Below are positions 52,094 to 63,184 of a stretch of 64,000 nucleotides of DNA, piece after piece (position 1 is the first letter of the stretch; every line of letters begins with the position of its first letter). The notes beneath the pieces are model-generated. The model was given only the letters and a program-made list of their open reading frames with translations. It ran no database searches and was not told where the DNA came from. The stretch is from Alphaproteobacteria bacterium (GTDB taxonomy: Bacteria; Pseudomonadota; Alphaproteobacteria; SHVZ01): the NCBI GenBank assembly GCA_016869285.1, contig VGEN01000003.1, forward strand, positions 150-64,149, in the 5' to 3' direction. The translations under genes were made by a program, and so were the position numbers.

Positions 52094-53681
52094 CCGCCCA
52101 GGACGAAACCGGCCAGCGCGGGTTGTTGTGGTGATTGACGACCTTGTCGGAGACCACCGACAGGAACGGGAAGTCGACCAGCGGCAGGATCGGCAGGTCC
52201 GTCATCACCTTCTTCTGGAACGCGACGTAGAGCTTGGCCCGATCGGCATCGCTGATCTCGCTTGCCGCCTGGTCGATCAGCTTGTCCATCTCCGGGTCGG
52301 CGTAACCGTACTGGTTGGCGAAGGGAACGCCGGCCGGCGTGCCCGACCGGTAGAGGACGGTCGTCGAGATCGCCGGGTCGTTGCGATAGACCAGAGCCGC
52401 CACGGCGAGGTCGAAGGCGTGGTCTTTATAGACTTTGGCGATGTGGCCCGGCGCGTCATTGGCCTCGATCTGCGCGTCGATGCCGATGCGCCGGAGCGCC
52501 TGACGGAGATAGTCGCCGGTCAGCCGCGTCTGCTCGAAGAAGGGCGCCGGCAGGAGCTTGAGCGCAAAGCGCATCCCGTCCGTTCCCTTCTTGTAGCCGG
52601 CCTCGTCGAGCAGCGCCTCGGCCCTGGCCGGGTCGAAGGCGTATTGCGCGACATCGGTCGTGTAGAACGGGGCGCCGCTGGCCGGGATCGGACCGGTCGC
52701 GATCGCACCGAAGCCCTGGAACACGGTATCGAGCAGGAACTTCGGATCGATCGCATGGCGAAGAGCGCGGCGCACGCGGACATCGGCCAGCTCCTTCCTG
52801 CGGTGATTGATCTCGACCGTGGCGGTGTAGAGGATGCCCTCATAGCCCTTGGTCGAGACCTGCAGGCCCTTGACCTTGCCGAGACGGATCGCATCGGCAG
52901 TCGAGACGGCGCTGAAGCAGGAGAGGTGCAGTTCGCCGGACTCGTGCGCGGCGGCAACCGCGCCCTTGTCCGCCATCTTGCGGTAGAGGATGCGGTCGAC
53001 CAGCGGCTGGTTCGGCGCCCAATAGCTCGGGTTGCGCTCGAGCCGGACGAACTCGCCGCGCTTCTGCTCGGCGAAAGTGTAAGGGCCGGTGCCGACGGGC
53101 TTCTGGTTCGCCGGATGCGAAGGCTGCGCGATGTCCGTGTTCTCGTAGAGATGCTTCGGCAGCACCGTCGACAGCGCCGGCAGCGCGTTGACGATGAGCT
53201 GGCTCGGGATCGGCTTCGAGAAGCGGAAGATCGCGGTCGTTGCGTTCGGCGTCTCGACCGCCTCGAGGTCCTTGAAGACGACGCGGCCGAAATTCTGCAG
53301 CTTCTTCCACACCTCCATCGCCGAGAAGGCGACGTCGGCCGAGGAGAAGTCGCGGCCGTCATGCCATTTCACGCCGGAGCGGAGCTGGAAGGTGAGGCTG
53401 CGGCCATCGGCCGAGGGCGTCCACGCGGTCGCCAGAACCGGCCTGACGCCGCTGCCGCCGAAAGCTTGGTCGGCGAGCGGCTCCAGCACCTTGCTGGAGA
53501 CGAAGAAGACGCCGTTGCTGGCGACGATAGCGCCGTTCCAATGGGGCGGCTCGCTGTCGGCGGCAACCATCAGCACGCCGCCGCGCTTGCCCTGGGCATA
53601 GGCGTGCCACGGGATGAGGCTCGAACCGGCGGCGCCGAGCGCGCCGTGAAGAACGGTACGACGGGTCAAGCGGGGCGCCAT
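52077..53681 (-). CDS. ABC transporter substrate-binding protein, family 5 (DppA/OppA-like) with Tat-type signal
   Basis: MAPRLTRRTVLHGALGAAGSS twin-arginine signal. Family-5 solute-binding-protein architecture. Confidence 0.8.
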   Translation of the reverse strand: MAPRLTRRTVLHGALGAAGSSLIPWHAYAQGKRGGVLMVAADSEPPHWNGAIVASNGVFFVSSKVLEPLADQAFGGSGVRPVLATAWTPSADGRSLTFQLRSGVKWHDGRDFSSADVAFSAMEVWKKLQNFGRVVFKDLEAVETPNATTAIFRFSKPIPSQLIVNALPALSTVLPKHLYENTDIAQPSHPANQKPVGTGPYTFAEQKRGEFVRLERNPSYWAPNQPLVDRILYRKMADKGAVAAAHESGELHLSCFSAVSTADAIRLGKVKGLQVSTKGYEGILYTATVEINHRRKELADVRVRRALRHAIDPKFLLDTVFQGFGAIATGPIPASGAPFYTTDVAQYAFDPARAEALLDEAGYKKGTDGMRFALKLLPAPFFEQTRLTGDYLRQALRRIGIDAQIEANDAPGHIAKVYKDHAFDLAVAALVYRNDPAISTTVLYRSGTPAGVPFANQYGYADPEMDKLIDQAASEISDADRAKLYVAFQKKVMTDLPILPLVDFPFLSVVSDKVVNHHNNPRWPVSSWADVSLA

Positions 53682-53735
53682 TGTCGGCTCCTGATGGGGA
53701 AGATCCGAGGATTGCGCCACCCGCGGACACGCTTG

Positions 53736-56156
53736 TCAACGCGATGCAGCGGCCTGCGCAAGATTGGCGAAGAGACGAAACGCGCCAGGCACCAGCTCGT
53801 CCATCTGATGCGAGAGCGTCAGGCTGACATGGGTGTGGCGCCCCCTGCCGATGCCCGCCGAGAGCAGGCCACCGCGAAGCGGCGTCTCGCCGGGATCGGA
53901 CATCGCCAGCAGCGGCTGATACGCATCGCCCCAGGAGGAGGCGAAGTAGAGGCCACGCTCTTTCTTCCAGCCAAGCCAGTCCTCCGGGCCGATGCGGTTG
54001 GGATAGGTGAGCAGCGGATGGCTCGGCGCCAGCACCGCGACCGGGGCAGCCGGATCGCAAACACGCCAGCGGATCGAGGGCTGGCCGATCTCCAGCCGTT
54101 CCGGCGGCGCACCGTTCCAGCCATCCTGCGGTCGATGGAACTGCGTGAGCAGGTGCCCCCCTCGGCGGACGAATTCATGGAGCCGGACCTGAGACCGAGC
54201 CACTTCAGGCCGCGCAAATGCTTTGACGCCGACGACGATGGTGTCGAAGCGGCCGAGATCTCCCTGGGCAAGGTCCTCCGCGCCAAGCTCCGCGACGTTC
54301 AGGCCGAGCCGGGCGAGCCAGAAGGCGACGCGGTCGGTGCCGGCGCCGACATAGCCGATGCGCGCGCGATCGGGGATCTCGACATCGACGACCAACAACT
54401 CGACTTCCGCCGGCTCGATCCAGCCGATACGCCCAACATGCTCATAGACCTGGGACCGCGTGCGACCATGTTCGACTCCGGCAGCGGTCACGGCGAGGCG
54501 ATGCCGGCCGGGTGACGGCGTTTCCACGCGGAGGTCGGCTTCAGTCGACGCCTCCGGCAGCAAGCTCAGCGATTTCCGCGCCTCCCCAACCGTGAGTGTC
54601 GTTTCGAGCTTGTCGGCAGTGTGATTGCGGACGCCAATCCGGAGATCGAAGGTGGGTGCGCCGGTGCGGACGACGAGGCGATCCGGCTGCGGGTCGAGCG
54701 CCAGCGGCGGCACGATCAGCGGTGCGTCGCCGGGGGCGACCGACTGCTCGATCTCCTGGCCTTCGACGAAGTAGCGCAGGCGCGCGAGAACGGGCGCCGC
54801 GGGCGAAAGCGGGTCGAAGCGCGAGTGGAATGGCCGCGACTTGAAGAGGGTGACACGCGCGATCCCGCAATCGTCGGGTTCCATGGTCACGCCATCAGCG
54901 GTGACGGCGGCGAGCGAGGCAAGCACGTCTGGCCGTCCGTAGAAGACCGAGAGTCTAGCTTCGGCGAGCTTGCCGACGACGATGGTATCCGGCACCTCGA
55001 TCCTGGCGATCAGCGACAGCGCGATCCGGCTTGCCCTGGCGAGCTGGTGGCGCTTGATTGCGAGCCGATGGCTCAGATTGTCGGCATTCGGGTCCGGAGG
55101 CGGATCGAGCCGCGCCTCGGCCTCGTCGACGGCGCGGAGCGCGGCGTGAACCGCACCGGCGACGCCGTCGAAATCGGGAAACCGGGCGAAGGCGAGGTCG
55201 ATCGCGGCGTCGATGCGGCGGAGCGCTTCGCCCTGGGCGGTGTCGAAGCGCTCCGCCAGATGACCGAGGCGAAGCGGCAGCCCGTCGAAAAGAGACGCCT
55301 CGGCATTGGCGGTCGGGAGCCGGCTCTGCAGCAGATGCAACGGCACCGTGGCCGGACGCTCGCCGCGCCAGACGCCCATCTCCTGGGTCCGGTGGCGGGC
55401 GCGCGACCACTCGCCGATCTGCACAAAGGTGGCGCCGATGATTCGGTCGTAGCCGCCAATATCGACCTCGATCGTCGCCGGCGGCGGGGGCTCGGCATCG
55501 TCGTAGCTGCCGCCGTCACCGGAGAAGGCGGGAAGGTAGAGCTTGGAGACGCGCCAGGGCAGGAGCCCGCCGGCAAGATGGTCGGGAAAGGCCTCCGGAT
55601 CGGCAGCGGCCTCGAAGGCGCGTATGGTGGCGCGCGTCACGGCGCGATGATGGCCATGCTGGCCGCCGACATCGAGGAACGTCGGGCAGATGACGTCGGG
55701 GCGCGTCAGCCGGATCGCACGCACCAGCCGCTCGAGCAGCCGTTCCTCGCCCCAGACGGCATTCGTCGCTTCGGCCGTCTTGGCGAAGCCGAAATCGGAG
55801 ATCGGATCGCCGAAACCGCGGTCGAGCCAGTGAAGCTCCATGTCGAGGATGCGCGCGGCTTCCTCCATCTCTCGCGTGCGGATCGCCGCCAGCGCGTCGC
55901 CGGATTCCGGCCCGAGCGCGTTCTGGCCGCCCTGGCCTCTGGTGGCGCAGACATAGATCGTGCGCGCGCCATCCCTCTTCGACAGACGGGCAAGCAGTCC
56001 GCTCGCCTCGTCATCGGGGTGAGCGCCTGTCATCATGAAGCTGGAGGCCGAGCGCAGCGGCAGCAGCGCATTCCAGAGCTCGACCATCGGGCTCGCCGCT
56101 GCCTGGCGTGAGATTCGGCGCTGCGATCGCGCGTACTCGTCGGAGGTGCTCATCAC
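53736..56156 (-). CDS. large multidomain PIG-L/LmbE-family deacetylase (806 aa)
   Basis: N-terminal AHPDDE zinc-deacetylase motif. Long C-terminal extension with a ThuA/GATase1-like segment (IVVGVKAF...RRGGHLLTQFH). Confidence 0.6.
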   Translation of the reverse strand: MMSTSDEYARSQRRISRQAAASPMVELWNALLPLRSASSFMMTGAHPDDEASGLLARLSKRDGARTIYVCATRGQGGQNALGPESGDALAAIRTREMEEAARILDMELHWLDRGFGDPISDFGFAKTAEATNAVWGEERLLERLVRAIRLTRPDVICPTFLDVGGQHGHHRAVTRATIRAFEAAADPEAFPDHLAGGLLPWRVSKLYLPAFSGDGGSYDDAEPPPPATIEVDIGGYDRIIGATFVQIGEWSRARHRTQEMGVWRGERPATVPLHLLQSRLPTANAEASLFDGLPLRLGHLAERFDTAQGEALRRIDAAIDLAFARFPDFDGVAGAVHAALRAVDEAEARLDPPPDPNADNLSHRLAIKRHQLARASRIALSLIARIEVPDTIVVGKLAEARLSVFYGRPDVLASLAAVTADGVTMEPDDCGIARVTLFKSRPFHSRFDPLSPAAPVLARLRYFVEGQEIEQSVAPGDAPLIVPPLALDPQPDRLVVRTGAPTFDLRIGVRNHTADKLETTLTVGEARKSLSLLPEASTEADLRVETPSPGRHRLAVTAAGVEHGRTRSQVYEHVGRIGWIEPAEVELLVVDVEIPDRARIGYVGAGTDRVAFWLARLGLNVAELGAEDLAQGDLGRFDTIVVGVKAFARPEVARSQVRLHEFVRRGGHLLTQFHRPQDGWNGAPPERLEIGQPSIRWRVCDPAAPVAVLAPSHPLLTYPNRIGPEDWLGWKKERGLYFASSWGDAYQPLLAMSDPGETPLRGGLLSAGIGRGRHTHVSLTLSHQMDELVPGAFRLFANLAQAAASR

Positions 56157-56244
56157 GGACAGCTATGCTTATTGACGTGCTCGTCCGTGTCTACGAGCAT
56201 CTGCCGGATTTTGAAGAGGTTACTGTGAAAAGGCTTGGCTTCTG

Positions 56245-57744
56245 ATGGCCGCGACCAGGGACGACAGTGTCTTTCCGGCACCGGTCTACAAGGAGACGGT
56301 GCTGGCCCCGCTGTTCGAGGGTGTGAAGAAACACCACTGGCAGCATCAGATGCGGATCAACCGGGCAAGCGCGGTGATGCTGGCAGAGAAAGGGTTGCTC
56401 AGCCGCGCGGAAGCAGGAGCGATACTCAAGGCGCTCGACGACATCGTCGCCACGGTCGATGTTCCCAGCCTCGACTACACCGGCGAGCACGAGGACTTCT
56501 TCTTTTACGTCGAGTCCGAGCTCAAGCGCCGCCTCGGCGTCGAGGTCGCCGGCAAGCTGCATACCGGCCGGTCGCGCAACGACATCGACCACACCGTCTT
56601 CAAGTTGGCGCTGAAGGAGCGGCTGATCGGCTTCGTCGAGGCGTTGCTCGGTCTGGTCGAGGCAGCGCTCGTGGTCGCCGAGAAGAATCGCGACACGCTG
56701 ATCGTGGCCTATACCCATGGCCAGCCGGCGCAGCCTTCGACCTTCGGTCACTACCTCGCGGCGCTGATCGAGATGCTGCTGCGCGATATCGAGCGCGTAG
56801 CCCACGCGGCGCGCTATCCGGATAAGTCGAGTATGGGCGCCGCGGCGATCACCACCTCCGGCTTCGGCCTCGACCGCGCGCGCATGGCGGAGCTGCTTGG
56901 ATTCGCCGAGGTTCAGGAGAATTCCTATGGCTGCATCGCCGCGATCGACTACGCGACCAGCGTCTATGCCGCGCTCAAGCTGGTCTTCGTCCATCTCGGT
57001 CGCTTCGTTCAGGACCTGAATGCCTGGACCGGCTTCGAGATCGGGCATCTCTACGTGCCGAACGCCTATGTGCAGATCAGCTCGATCATGCCGCAGAAGC
57101 GCAACCCGGTGCCGGTCGAGCATCTGCGCCTGATGTTGTCCCTGGCATCCGCTCGCGCCGAGTCCGTGATCGTGGCCGTGCACAACACGCCCTTCGCCGA
57201 CATGAACGACTCCGAAGGCGAGGTGCAGGCCGCGGGCTACGAGGCCTTCGACACCGGCCATCGCGCCATCGCGCTCCTCGCCGGGTTCATCGGCTCGGTC
57301 CGTATCGACGAGGCAAGGGTCCGCAGACACATCGACGAGGCCTGCATCACGGTGACCGAGCTTGCCGACTCCCTGGTGCGCGCCGAAGGGCTGTCGTTCC
57401 GTCAGGCGCATGAGATCGCGGCCAAGCTGGCGCGTCGCATGATCGACACCGGCGAGCGTTTCGGCACAGTACCGATGTCGGCCTTCGCCGAGGCCTTCCG
57501 CGAGGTCACTGGCCGCGCAGCGAACCTCTCGGAGGCCGAGTTCCGCCGCGTCACCACGCCCGAGCACTTCGTCGCTGTTCGCACCATGCCGGGCGGGCCG
57601 GCACCCGGGGCGCTGCTGGCCGCCTTCGCTGCCTATCGCGAGGAGCTGGGCAAGGCGCGCGGCTGGCTCGATGCCTATCGCGGTCGCATGGAGGCGGCGG
57701 CGCGGCGGCTCGATGCCGCCGCGACCGCGCTCAAGAACGGCTAA
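56245..57744 (+). CDS. argininosuccinate lyase / fumarate-lyase family protein (ArgH-like paralog)
   Basis: Lyase_1 family signature region (GSSMGAAAITTSGFG, KRNP). 499 aa. Confidence 0.7.
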   Translation: MAATRDDSVFPAPVYKETVLAPLFEGVKKHHWQHQMRINRASAVMLAEKGLLSRAEAGAILKALDDIVATVDVPSLDYTGEHEDFFFYVESELKRRLGVEVAGKLHTGRSRNDIDHTVFKLALKERLIGFVEALLGLVEAALVVAEKNRDTLIVAYTHGQPAQPSTFGHYLAALIEMLLRDIERVAHAARYPDKSSMGAAAITTSGFGLDRARMAELLGFAEVQENSYGCIAAIDYATSVYAALKLVFVHLGRFVQDLNAWTGFEIGHLYVPNAYVQISSIMPQKRNPVPVEHLRLMLSLASARAESVIVAVHNTPFADMNDSEGEVQAAGYEAFDTGHRAIALLAGFIGSVRIDEARVRRHIDEACITVTELADSLVRAEGLSFRQAHEIAAKLARRMIDTGERFGTVPMSAFAEAFREVTGRAANLSEAEFRRVTTPEHFVAVRTMPGGPAPGALLAAFAAYREELGKARGWLDAYRGRMEAAARRLDAAATALKNG

Positions 57745-59321
57745 TTCCGTACCTTCTCGATGTTCCAGAGCGTGACATCCCAAGAGGGATGCACGATGCC
57801 GCGTAGCTCCTTGCGATAGGCGACCGGCCGGGTGAACTGGCCGATCGGGACATACGGCACGACTTCCAGGAACTTGGCCTGCAGCTCGTCGATGATACGC
57901 TTGCGCTCATCGGCGTTCGGCGCCTCGAGATAGGAGAGCCGAAGCTTCTCCATCGCCTCGTCGCAGGGCAGGCCCCAGGAGTTGCGGCCGTCGCAGGAGG
58001 TCGAGGCGAAGAGGTTGGTGAAAGGGTTCGACTGGATGCGGCCGGGCCAGGTGGTCTGGGCGATGTGCCAGCCGGCGCGGTCGGTCTTGGGGTCGTTCTT
58101 GTTGAGCCGGCGCTGCGTGACCGCGCCCCAGTCCATCGCCTGCAGGTCGACATTGATGCCGACCTCGCGCAGGAGCTGCGCGGTGACCAGGGTCATGGTG
58201 TGGATCAGGAACTGGTCGGTCGGCGTCATGACGACGATCGGCTCGCCCTTGTAGCCAGCCTCGGCGAAGAGCTGCTTCGCCCTGGCGACGTTCTTCTGCC
58301 TGATCGCGTCCACTCCAACATTTGACTCGCCGGGCGAGCCGCAGATGAAGGGGGCGAAGCAGACGCGCTGGTACTGCTTGTCCGATCCGACCATCGCCGT
58401 CAGGTAGTCGGTCTGCTCGCCGATCAGGAACAGCGCCTGCCGCGCTTTCGGGTTGTTGAAGGGCGGGACCAGATGGTTCGGGCGGATCGTCGCCTGGAAA
58501 CCGATCGGGTCCAGGATATGAAGCTGGATGTTCGGGTCCTTGGACAGGGCCGGGATCATGTCGTGGCTGATCACCTCGACCATGTCGACCTCGCCGCGCT
58601 GGAGGGCCTGCACGGCGGTGTTGGTGTCGGGAATGTAGGGCCACTCGACGCGGTCGACTTTGACCACCTTGCCGCCCGACTGGCCGTCCGGCGGCTCGCT
58701 GCGCGGCACGTAGTCGGCGTTCTTGGCGAAGGCGACCATGGCGCCCGGCACCCAGGCCTCGCGGATGAACTTGAACGGGCCCGAGCCGATCGAATCCTTG
58801 ACCTCGGCGAAGGCGTCGGTCGCCGCGTCCTTCTCGCGCAGGATGAAGAAGGTGTTGGCGGCACCCGCCAGCGTCTCCAGCATCATGCCGTAGGGCTGCT
58901 TCAACTTGAATACGAAGGTGCGGTCATTCGGCGTCTGGAATTCGGCGATGCGCGACATCAGCACCTTGCCGTCGACGGCGCGGGTCTGCCAGCGCTTGAA
59001 GGAGGCGACGACGTCCTTAGACATCACCGGCGAGCCGTCGTGGAATTTGAGGCCGGGCCGGAGCACGAAGGTCCAGGTCAGCTTGTCGTCGCTCGCGGTG
59101 TAGGACTCGACCATCTGCGGCTTCGGCTCGTATTTCGAGCTCATGCCGAAGAGCGTGTCGTAGACCATGCGCGAGTAGTTGTTGGTGATCGTCACCGTCG
59201 TATAGACGGAGTCGAGGACGCGGAGATCGGCTTGCGGGACCATCTTGAGCGTGGTCTGGGCCGAGGCGCCGGACGCCGCGAGGAGGGCGACGGCAAAGGC
59301 TGACGTTAGGGCTCGGTGCAT
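57741..59321 (-). CDS. ABC transporter substrate-binding protein, family 5
   Basis: Signal peptide MHRALTSAFAVALLAASGASAQ. Family-5 solute-binding-protein architecture. Start at the internal Met. Confidence 0.75.
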   Translation of the reverse strand: MHRALTSAFAVALLAASGASAQTTLKMVPQADLRVLDSVYTTVTITNNYSRMVYDTLFGMSSKYEPKPQMVESYTASDDKLTWTFVLRPGLKFHDGSPVMSKDVVASFKRWQTRAVDGKVLMSRIAEFQTPNDRTFVFKLKQPYGMMLETLAGAANTFFILREKDAATDAFAEVKDSIGSGPFKFIREAWVPGAMVAFAKNADYVPRSEPPDGQSGGKVVKVDRVEWPYIPDTNTAVQALQRGEVDMVEVISHDMIPALSKDPNIQLHILDPIGFQATIRPNHLVPPFNNPKARQALFLIGEQTDYLTAMVGSDKQYQRVCFAPFICGSPGESNVGVDAIRQKNVARAKQLFAEAGYKGEPIVVMTPTDQFLIHTMTLVTAQLLREVGINVDLQAMDWGAVTQRRLNKNDPKTDRAGWHIAQTTWPGRIQSNPFTNLFASTSCDGRNSWGLPCDEAMEKLRLSYLEAPNADERKRIIDELQAKFLEVVPYVPIGQFTRPVAYRKELRGIVHPSWDVTLWNIEKVRN

Positions 59322-59358
59322 GCGACGTCTCCCGTGCTGGAATGAGCGCAGTGTCGCA

Positions 59359-59910
59359 TCAGGCGGGTTGCCAGGCAACGATGTCACAGTTCGCCGGATC
59401 GCGGCCGATCAAATGGCTGAAGAAGGCGCCGTGTCCGATCACGACGATCGCTGTCTCGGGCCGGGCGATCAGCCAGCGTGGAAAGGCGGCAAGACGCGCA
59501 TAGAGAGAATCCATCGGCTCGACCACGACGCCGTTCGCGTCGGGATTCTCGTGATGCCACCATGGATCGTCGAGGTGGTCGAACGCGAGATCGGGGAACT
59601 CCTGTGCCAGCAGCGTCGGCGAGCGACCCATGTCGCAGCTGTGCTCCTGCCACTCTCGGTGCAGGCACTCGACCTCGATCCGGGCATGGCCGGAAAAGAG
59701 GCCGGTCGCTGTCTGCAAGGCACGGGTCAGCGGCGTCGTGATCACGACGTCGCAGGGGAGCGCGCGAGCCCGGTCGCGGACTGCCTCGACCTGCCGGAGG
59801 CCGATCGGAGAGAGCCGGGCATCGAAGTGGAAGGGGTCGGTCCCGCCTTCGGCCCAGGCGGCATTGAAGGTCGACTGGGCGTGGCGGATAAGGTGGATGG
59901 TCTTTGCCAT
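59359..59910 (-). CDS. histidine phosphatase family protein (phosphoglycerate-mutase-like)
   Basis: N-terminal RHAQS catalytic motif (LIRHAQSTFN). 183 aa. Confidence 0.75.
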   Translation of the reverse strand: MAKTIHLIRHAQSTFNAAWAEGGTDPFHFDARLSPIGLRQVEAVRDRARALPCDVVITTPLTRALQTATGLFSGHARIEVECLHREWQEHSCDMGRSPTLLAQEFPDLAFDHLDDPWWHHENPDANGVVVEPMDSLYARLAAFPRWLIARPETAIVVIGHGAFFSHLIGRDPANCDIVAWQPA

Positions 59911-59957
59911 CGTCCTAGTCGATCATGGCCGGGGACAGGCTGCCAAGAGGGGAAGGC

Positions 59958-61502
59958 ATGACGGGCGAGAAGATCCTCCTGGTTCCCGGCAAGCTGACGC
60001 TTCGCCAGCTCCGCCGGATCGCCGCAGGTCCCGCGACCTTCGCCCTCGACCCCTCGGCCGACGGTCCGGTTCGTGCCGCCCATGCGCTGGTCGAGCGGAT
60101 GGCGCATGGCGGCGGTGCCGTCTATGGCGTCACCACCGGCTTCGGCAAGCTTGCGCAGACGCGCATCGCCGAAAACCAGCTTGAGCAGCTCCAGCTCAAC
60201 CTGCTGCGCTCGCATGCGGTCGGCGTCGGCGCTCCGCTCCCCGACAACGTCGTCCGCCTGATCCTGGCTGTGAAGGCGGCGAGCCTCGGGCGCGGCTACT
60301 CCGGCGTGCGGCCGGATACGATCGCGCAGCTTCTCGCTTTTGCCGACCGCGACATCCTCCCGGTGGTGCCGGGCAAAGGCTCGGTCGGTGCGTCCGGCGA
60401 CCTGGCGCCGCTGGCGCATCTGTCGCTAGCGCTGATCGGCGAGGGCGAGGTCCGCTATGGCAGTCAGGCGATGCCGGCGCGTGCAGCGCTCGATGCGGCA
60501 GGCTTGAAGCCGCTCCGCCTCGGGCCCAAGGAAGGGCTCGCGCTGATCAACGGCACGCAGGTCTCGACCGCTCTGGCGCTGACCGGGCTCTTCGCCGCCG
60601 AGCGCCTGCTGGCGGCGGCGCTCGCCGCCGGTGCGCTCTCGGTCGATGCAGCGCGCGGCACCGACACGCCATTCGATCCGCGCATCCATCGCGTGCGCGG
60701 GCAGCCGGGACAGACGATCGCAGCGGCGATCCTGCGCGGTCTGCTTGCCGGCAGCGACATCCGCAAGAGCCACGTCGATTGCGATCGCGTGCAGGACCCG
60801 TATTGCCTGCGCTGCCAGCCGCAAGTGATGGGCGCCTGCCTCGACCAGCTCCGCTCGGCAGCCGCTCGCCTGGTCGACGAGGCGAATGCCGTTTCCGACA
60901 ATCCGCTGGTCTTCCCAGAGGAGGGCGAGATCCTCTCGGGCGGCAATTTCCACGCCGAGCCCGTCGCCTTCGCCGCCGACAACATTGCCTTGGCGCTTGC
61001 CGAGATCGGCAATATGTCGGAACGGCGCACGGCCCTGCTAGTCGATCCGGCGATGAGCGGCGGCCTCCCTGCCTTCCTCGTCAAGACGCCGGGCATCGAT
61101 TCAGGCTTCATGATGGCGCAGGTCACGGCGGCGGCGCTCGCCTCCGAAAACAAGATGCTAGCGCACCCCGCGAGCGTCGACACGATCCCGACCTCGGCCA
61201 ACCAGGAGGACCATGTGTCGATGGCGACCCATGCCGCGCGACGGCTTCTCGATATGGCCGAGAACACCGGCAGCATCGTTGCGATCGAGCTGATGGCCGC
61301 CGCGCAGGGCGTTGATCTGCTCGCGCCGCTCAAGACCTCGCCGAAGCTGCTGGGGGTGCACGCTGCACTCAGGGAGCGTGTGGCGCCGCTCGACCACGAC
61401 CGTATCATGGCGCCGGACATTGCTGCCGCGCACACCTTCCTGCATCGCCACCCCTTCCTCGACCTCGTCGGCGGATTGATCGACCGCCCGGAGATCGCCT
61501 GA
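59958..61502 (+). CDS. hutH: histidine ammonia-lyase
   Basis: ASG (MIO-forming) motif [12 protein letters not shown]. 514 aa. Start at the internal Met ([11 protein letters not shown]). Confidence 0.9.
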   Translation: MTGEKILLVPGKLTLRQLRRIAAGPATFALDPSADGPVRAAHALVERMAHGGGAVYGVTTGFGKLAQTRIAENQLEQLQLNLLRSHAVGVGAPLPDNVVRLILAVKAASLGRGYSGVRPDTIAQLLAFADRDILPVVPGKGSVGASGDLAPLAHLSLALIGEGEVRYGSQAMPARAALDAAGLKPLRLGPKEGLALINGTQVSTALALTGLFAAERLLAAALAAGALSVDAARGTDTPFDPRIHRVRGQPGQTIAAAILRGLLAGSDIRKSHVDCDRVQDPYCLRCQPQVMGACLDQLRSAAARLVDEANAVSDNPLVFPEEGEILSGGNFHAEPVAFAADNIALALAEIGNMSERRTALLVDPAMSGGLPAFLVKTPGIDSGFMMAQVTAAALASENKMLAHPASVDTIPTSANQEDHVSMATHAARRLLDMAENTGSIVAIELMAAAQGVDLLAPLKTSPKLLGVHAALRERVAPLDHDRIMAPDIAAAHTFLHRHPFLDLVGGLIDRPEIA

Positions 61503-63184
61503 TGATCCAGACCCGCCTCGACAATAGCCGAGTCATCCGCGCTCCGAGGGGCGACAAGCTGTCGGCGCTCTCCTGGGCGACCGAGGCACCGATGCGGATG
61601 TTGATGAACAACCTCGATCCCGAGGTGGCCGAGAAGCCGCAGGAGCTTACGGTCTATGGCGGCATCGGCCGTGCGGCGCGCAACTGGGAGTGCTTCGACG
61701 CGATTGTCGCCACGCTGAAGCGGCTCAAAGGCGATGAAACGCTGCTGATCCAGTCGGGCAAGCCGGTCGGCGTCTTCCGCACCCATGCCGACGCACCGCG
61801 CGTGTTGCTGGCCAATTCCAACCTCGTCGCCAATTGGGCGAGCTGGGAGCATTTCAACGCGCTCGATCGCCAGGGCCTGATGATGTACGGCCAGATGACC
61901 GCCGGCTCCTGGATCTATATCGGCAGCCAGGGCATCGTGCAGGGCACGCACGAGACCTTCGTCGAGATGGGCCGCCAAGCCTATGGCGGGCTCAAGGGGC
62001 GCTGGATCCTGACTGCGGGCTTGGGCGGCATGGGCGGCGCCCAGACCCTGGCGGCAACGCTCGGCGGCGCCTCGATGATCGCGATCGAGTGCCGGCCCTC
62101 CTCGATCGAGTTCCGCTTGAAGACGCGCTATCTCGACACCCAGGCGAAGACCCTCGACGAGGCCTTGCAGATCGTCGAGAAGGCCAAGGCCGAGGGCAAG
62201 GCGATCTCGGTGGGGTTGCTCGGCAATGCTGCCGAGTTCGTGCCGGAGATCGCGAAGCGCGCAAAATCCGATCCGCGCTGGCGGCCCGACGGGGTCACCG
62301 ACCAGACCAGCGCACATGACCCGCTCAACGGTTATCTGCCGCTCGGCTGGACCTTGCAGCAATGGGAGGAGCGTCGGCAGAGCGACCCCGCCGGAACGGT
62401 CAAGGCGGCGAAGGAGTCGATACGCGTGCACGTCCGGGCGATGCTCGAATTCCATCGCATGGGTGTGCCGACCTTCGACTACGGCAACAACATCCGCCAG
62501 ATGGCGAAGGAGGTCGGCGAGACCCACGCCTTCGACTTTCCAGGTTTCGTGCCCGCCTATATCCGCCCGCTCTTCTGCCGCGGAGTCGGACCGTTCCGCT
62601 GGGTCGCGCTCTCGGGAGATCCCGAGGACATCCGAAAGACCGATGCCAAGGTGAAGGAGCTGATGCCGAAAGCGGCGCACCTTCACACCTGGCTCGACAA
62701 TGCCGGCAGCAAGATCAGCTTCCAAGGCCTGCCGGCACGGATCTGCTGGGTCGGCCTCGGCGACCGCCACCGCATCGGGCTCGCCTTCAACGAGATGGTG
62801 AGGCGCAAGGAGATCGGCCCGATCGTGATCGGGCGCGATCATCTCGATTCGGGTTCGGTCGCCAGCCCTAACCGCGAGACCGAGGCGATGAAGGACGGCA
62901 CCGACGCGGTCGCCGACTGGCCGCTGCTCAACGCCCTGCTCAACACCGCCTCCGGAGCGACGTGGGTATCGATCCATCATGGCGGTGGCGTCGGCATCGG
63001 CTACAGCCAGCATTCCGGCATGGTCATCCTCTGCGACGGCACCGAGGATGCGGCCCGCCGGCTCGAGCGCGTGCTGTGGAACGACCCGGCCTCCGGAGTC
63101 ATGCGCCATGCCGATGCCGGCTACGACGAGGCGATCGCGTGCGCTAAGGAGCAGCAACTCGACCTGCCCATGCTCGGGCGTTAG
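61502..63184 (+). CDS. hutU: urocanate hydratase
   Basis: Typical HutU sequence throughout (GGMGGAQ NAD-binding motif). 560 aa. 1-nt overlap with hutH. Confidence 0.92.
   Translation: MIQTRLDNSRVIRAPRGDKLSALSWATEAPMRMLMNNLDPEVAEKPQELTVYGGIGRAARNWECFDAIVATLKRLKGDETLLIQSGKPVGVFRTHADAPRVLLANSNLVANWASWEHFNALDRQGLMMYGQMTAGSWIYIGSQGIVQGTHETFVEMGRQAYGGLKGRWILTAGLGGMGGAQTLAATLGGASMIAIECRPSSIEFRLKTRYLDTQAKTLDEALQIVEKAKAEGKAISVGLLGNAAEFVPEIAKRAKSDPRWRPDGVTDQTSAHDPLNGYLPLGWTLQQWEERRQSDPAGTVKAAKESIRVHVRAMLEFHRMGVPTFDYGNNIRQMAKEVGETHAFDFPGFVPAYIRPLFCRGVGPFRWVALSGDPEDIRKTDAKVKELMPKAAHLHTWLDNAGSKISFQGLPARICWVGLGDRHRIGLAFNEMVRRKEIGPIVIGRDHLDSGSVASPNRETEAMKDGTDAVADWPLLNALLNTASGATWVSIHHGGGVGIGYSQHSGMVILCDGTEDAARRLERVLWNDPASGVMRHADAGYDEAIACAKEQQLDLPMLGR

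Noticed and set aside
51972-54515. 847-aa plus-strand ORF
   Set aside because: Antisense to the binding-protein and PIG-L genes. Low-complexity.
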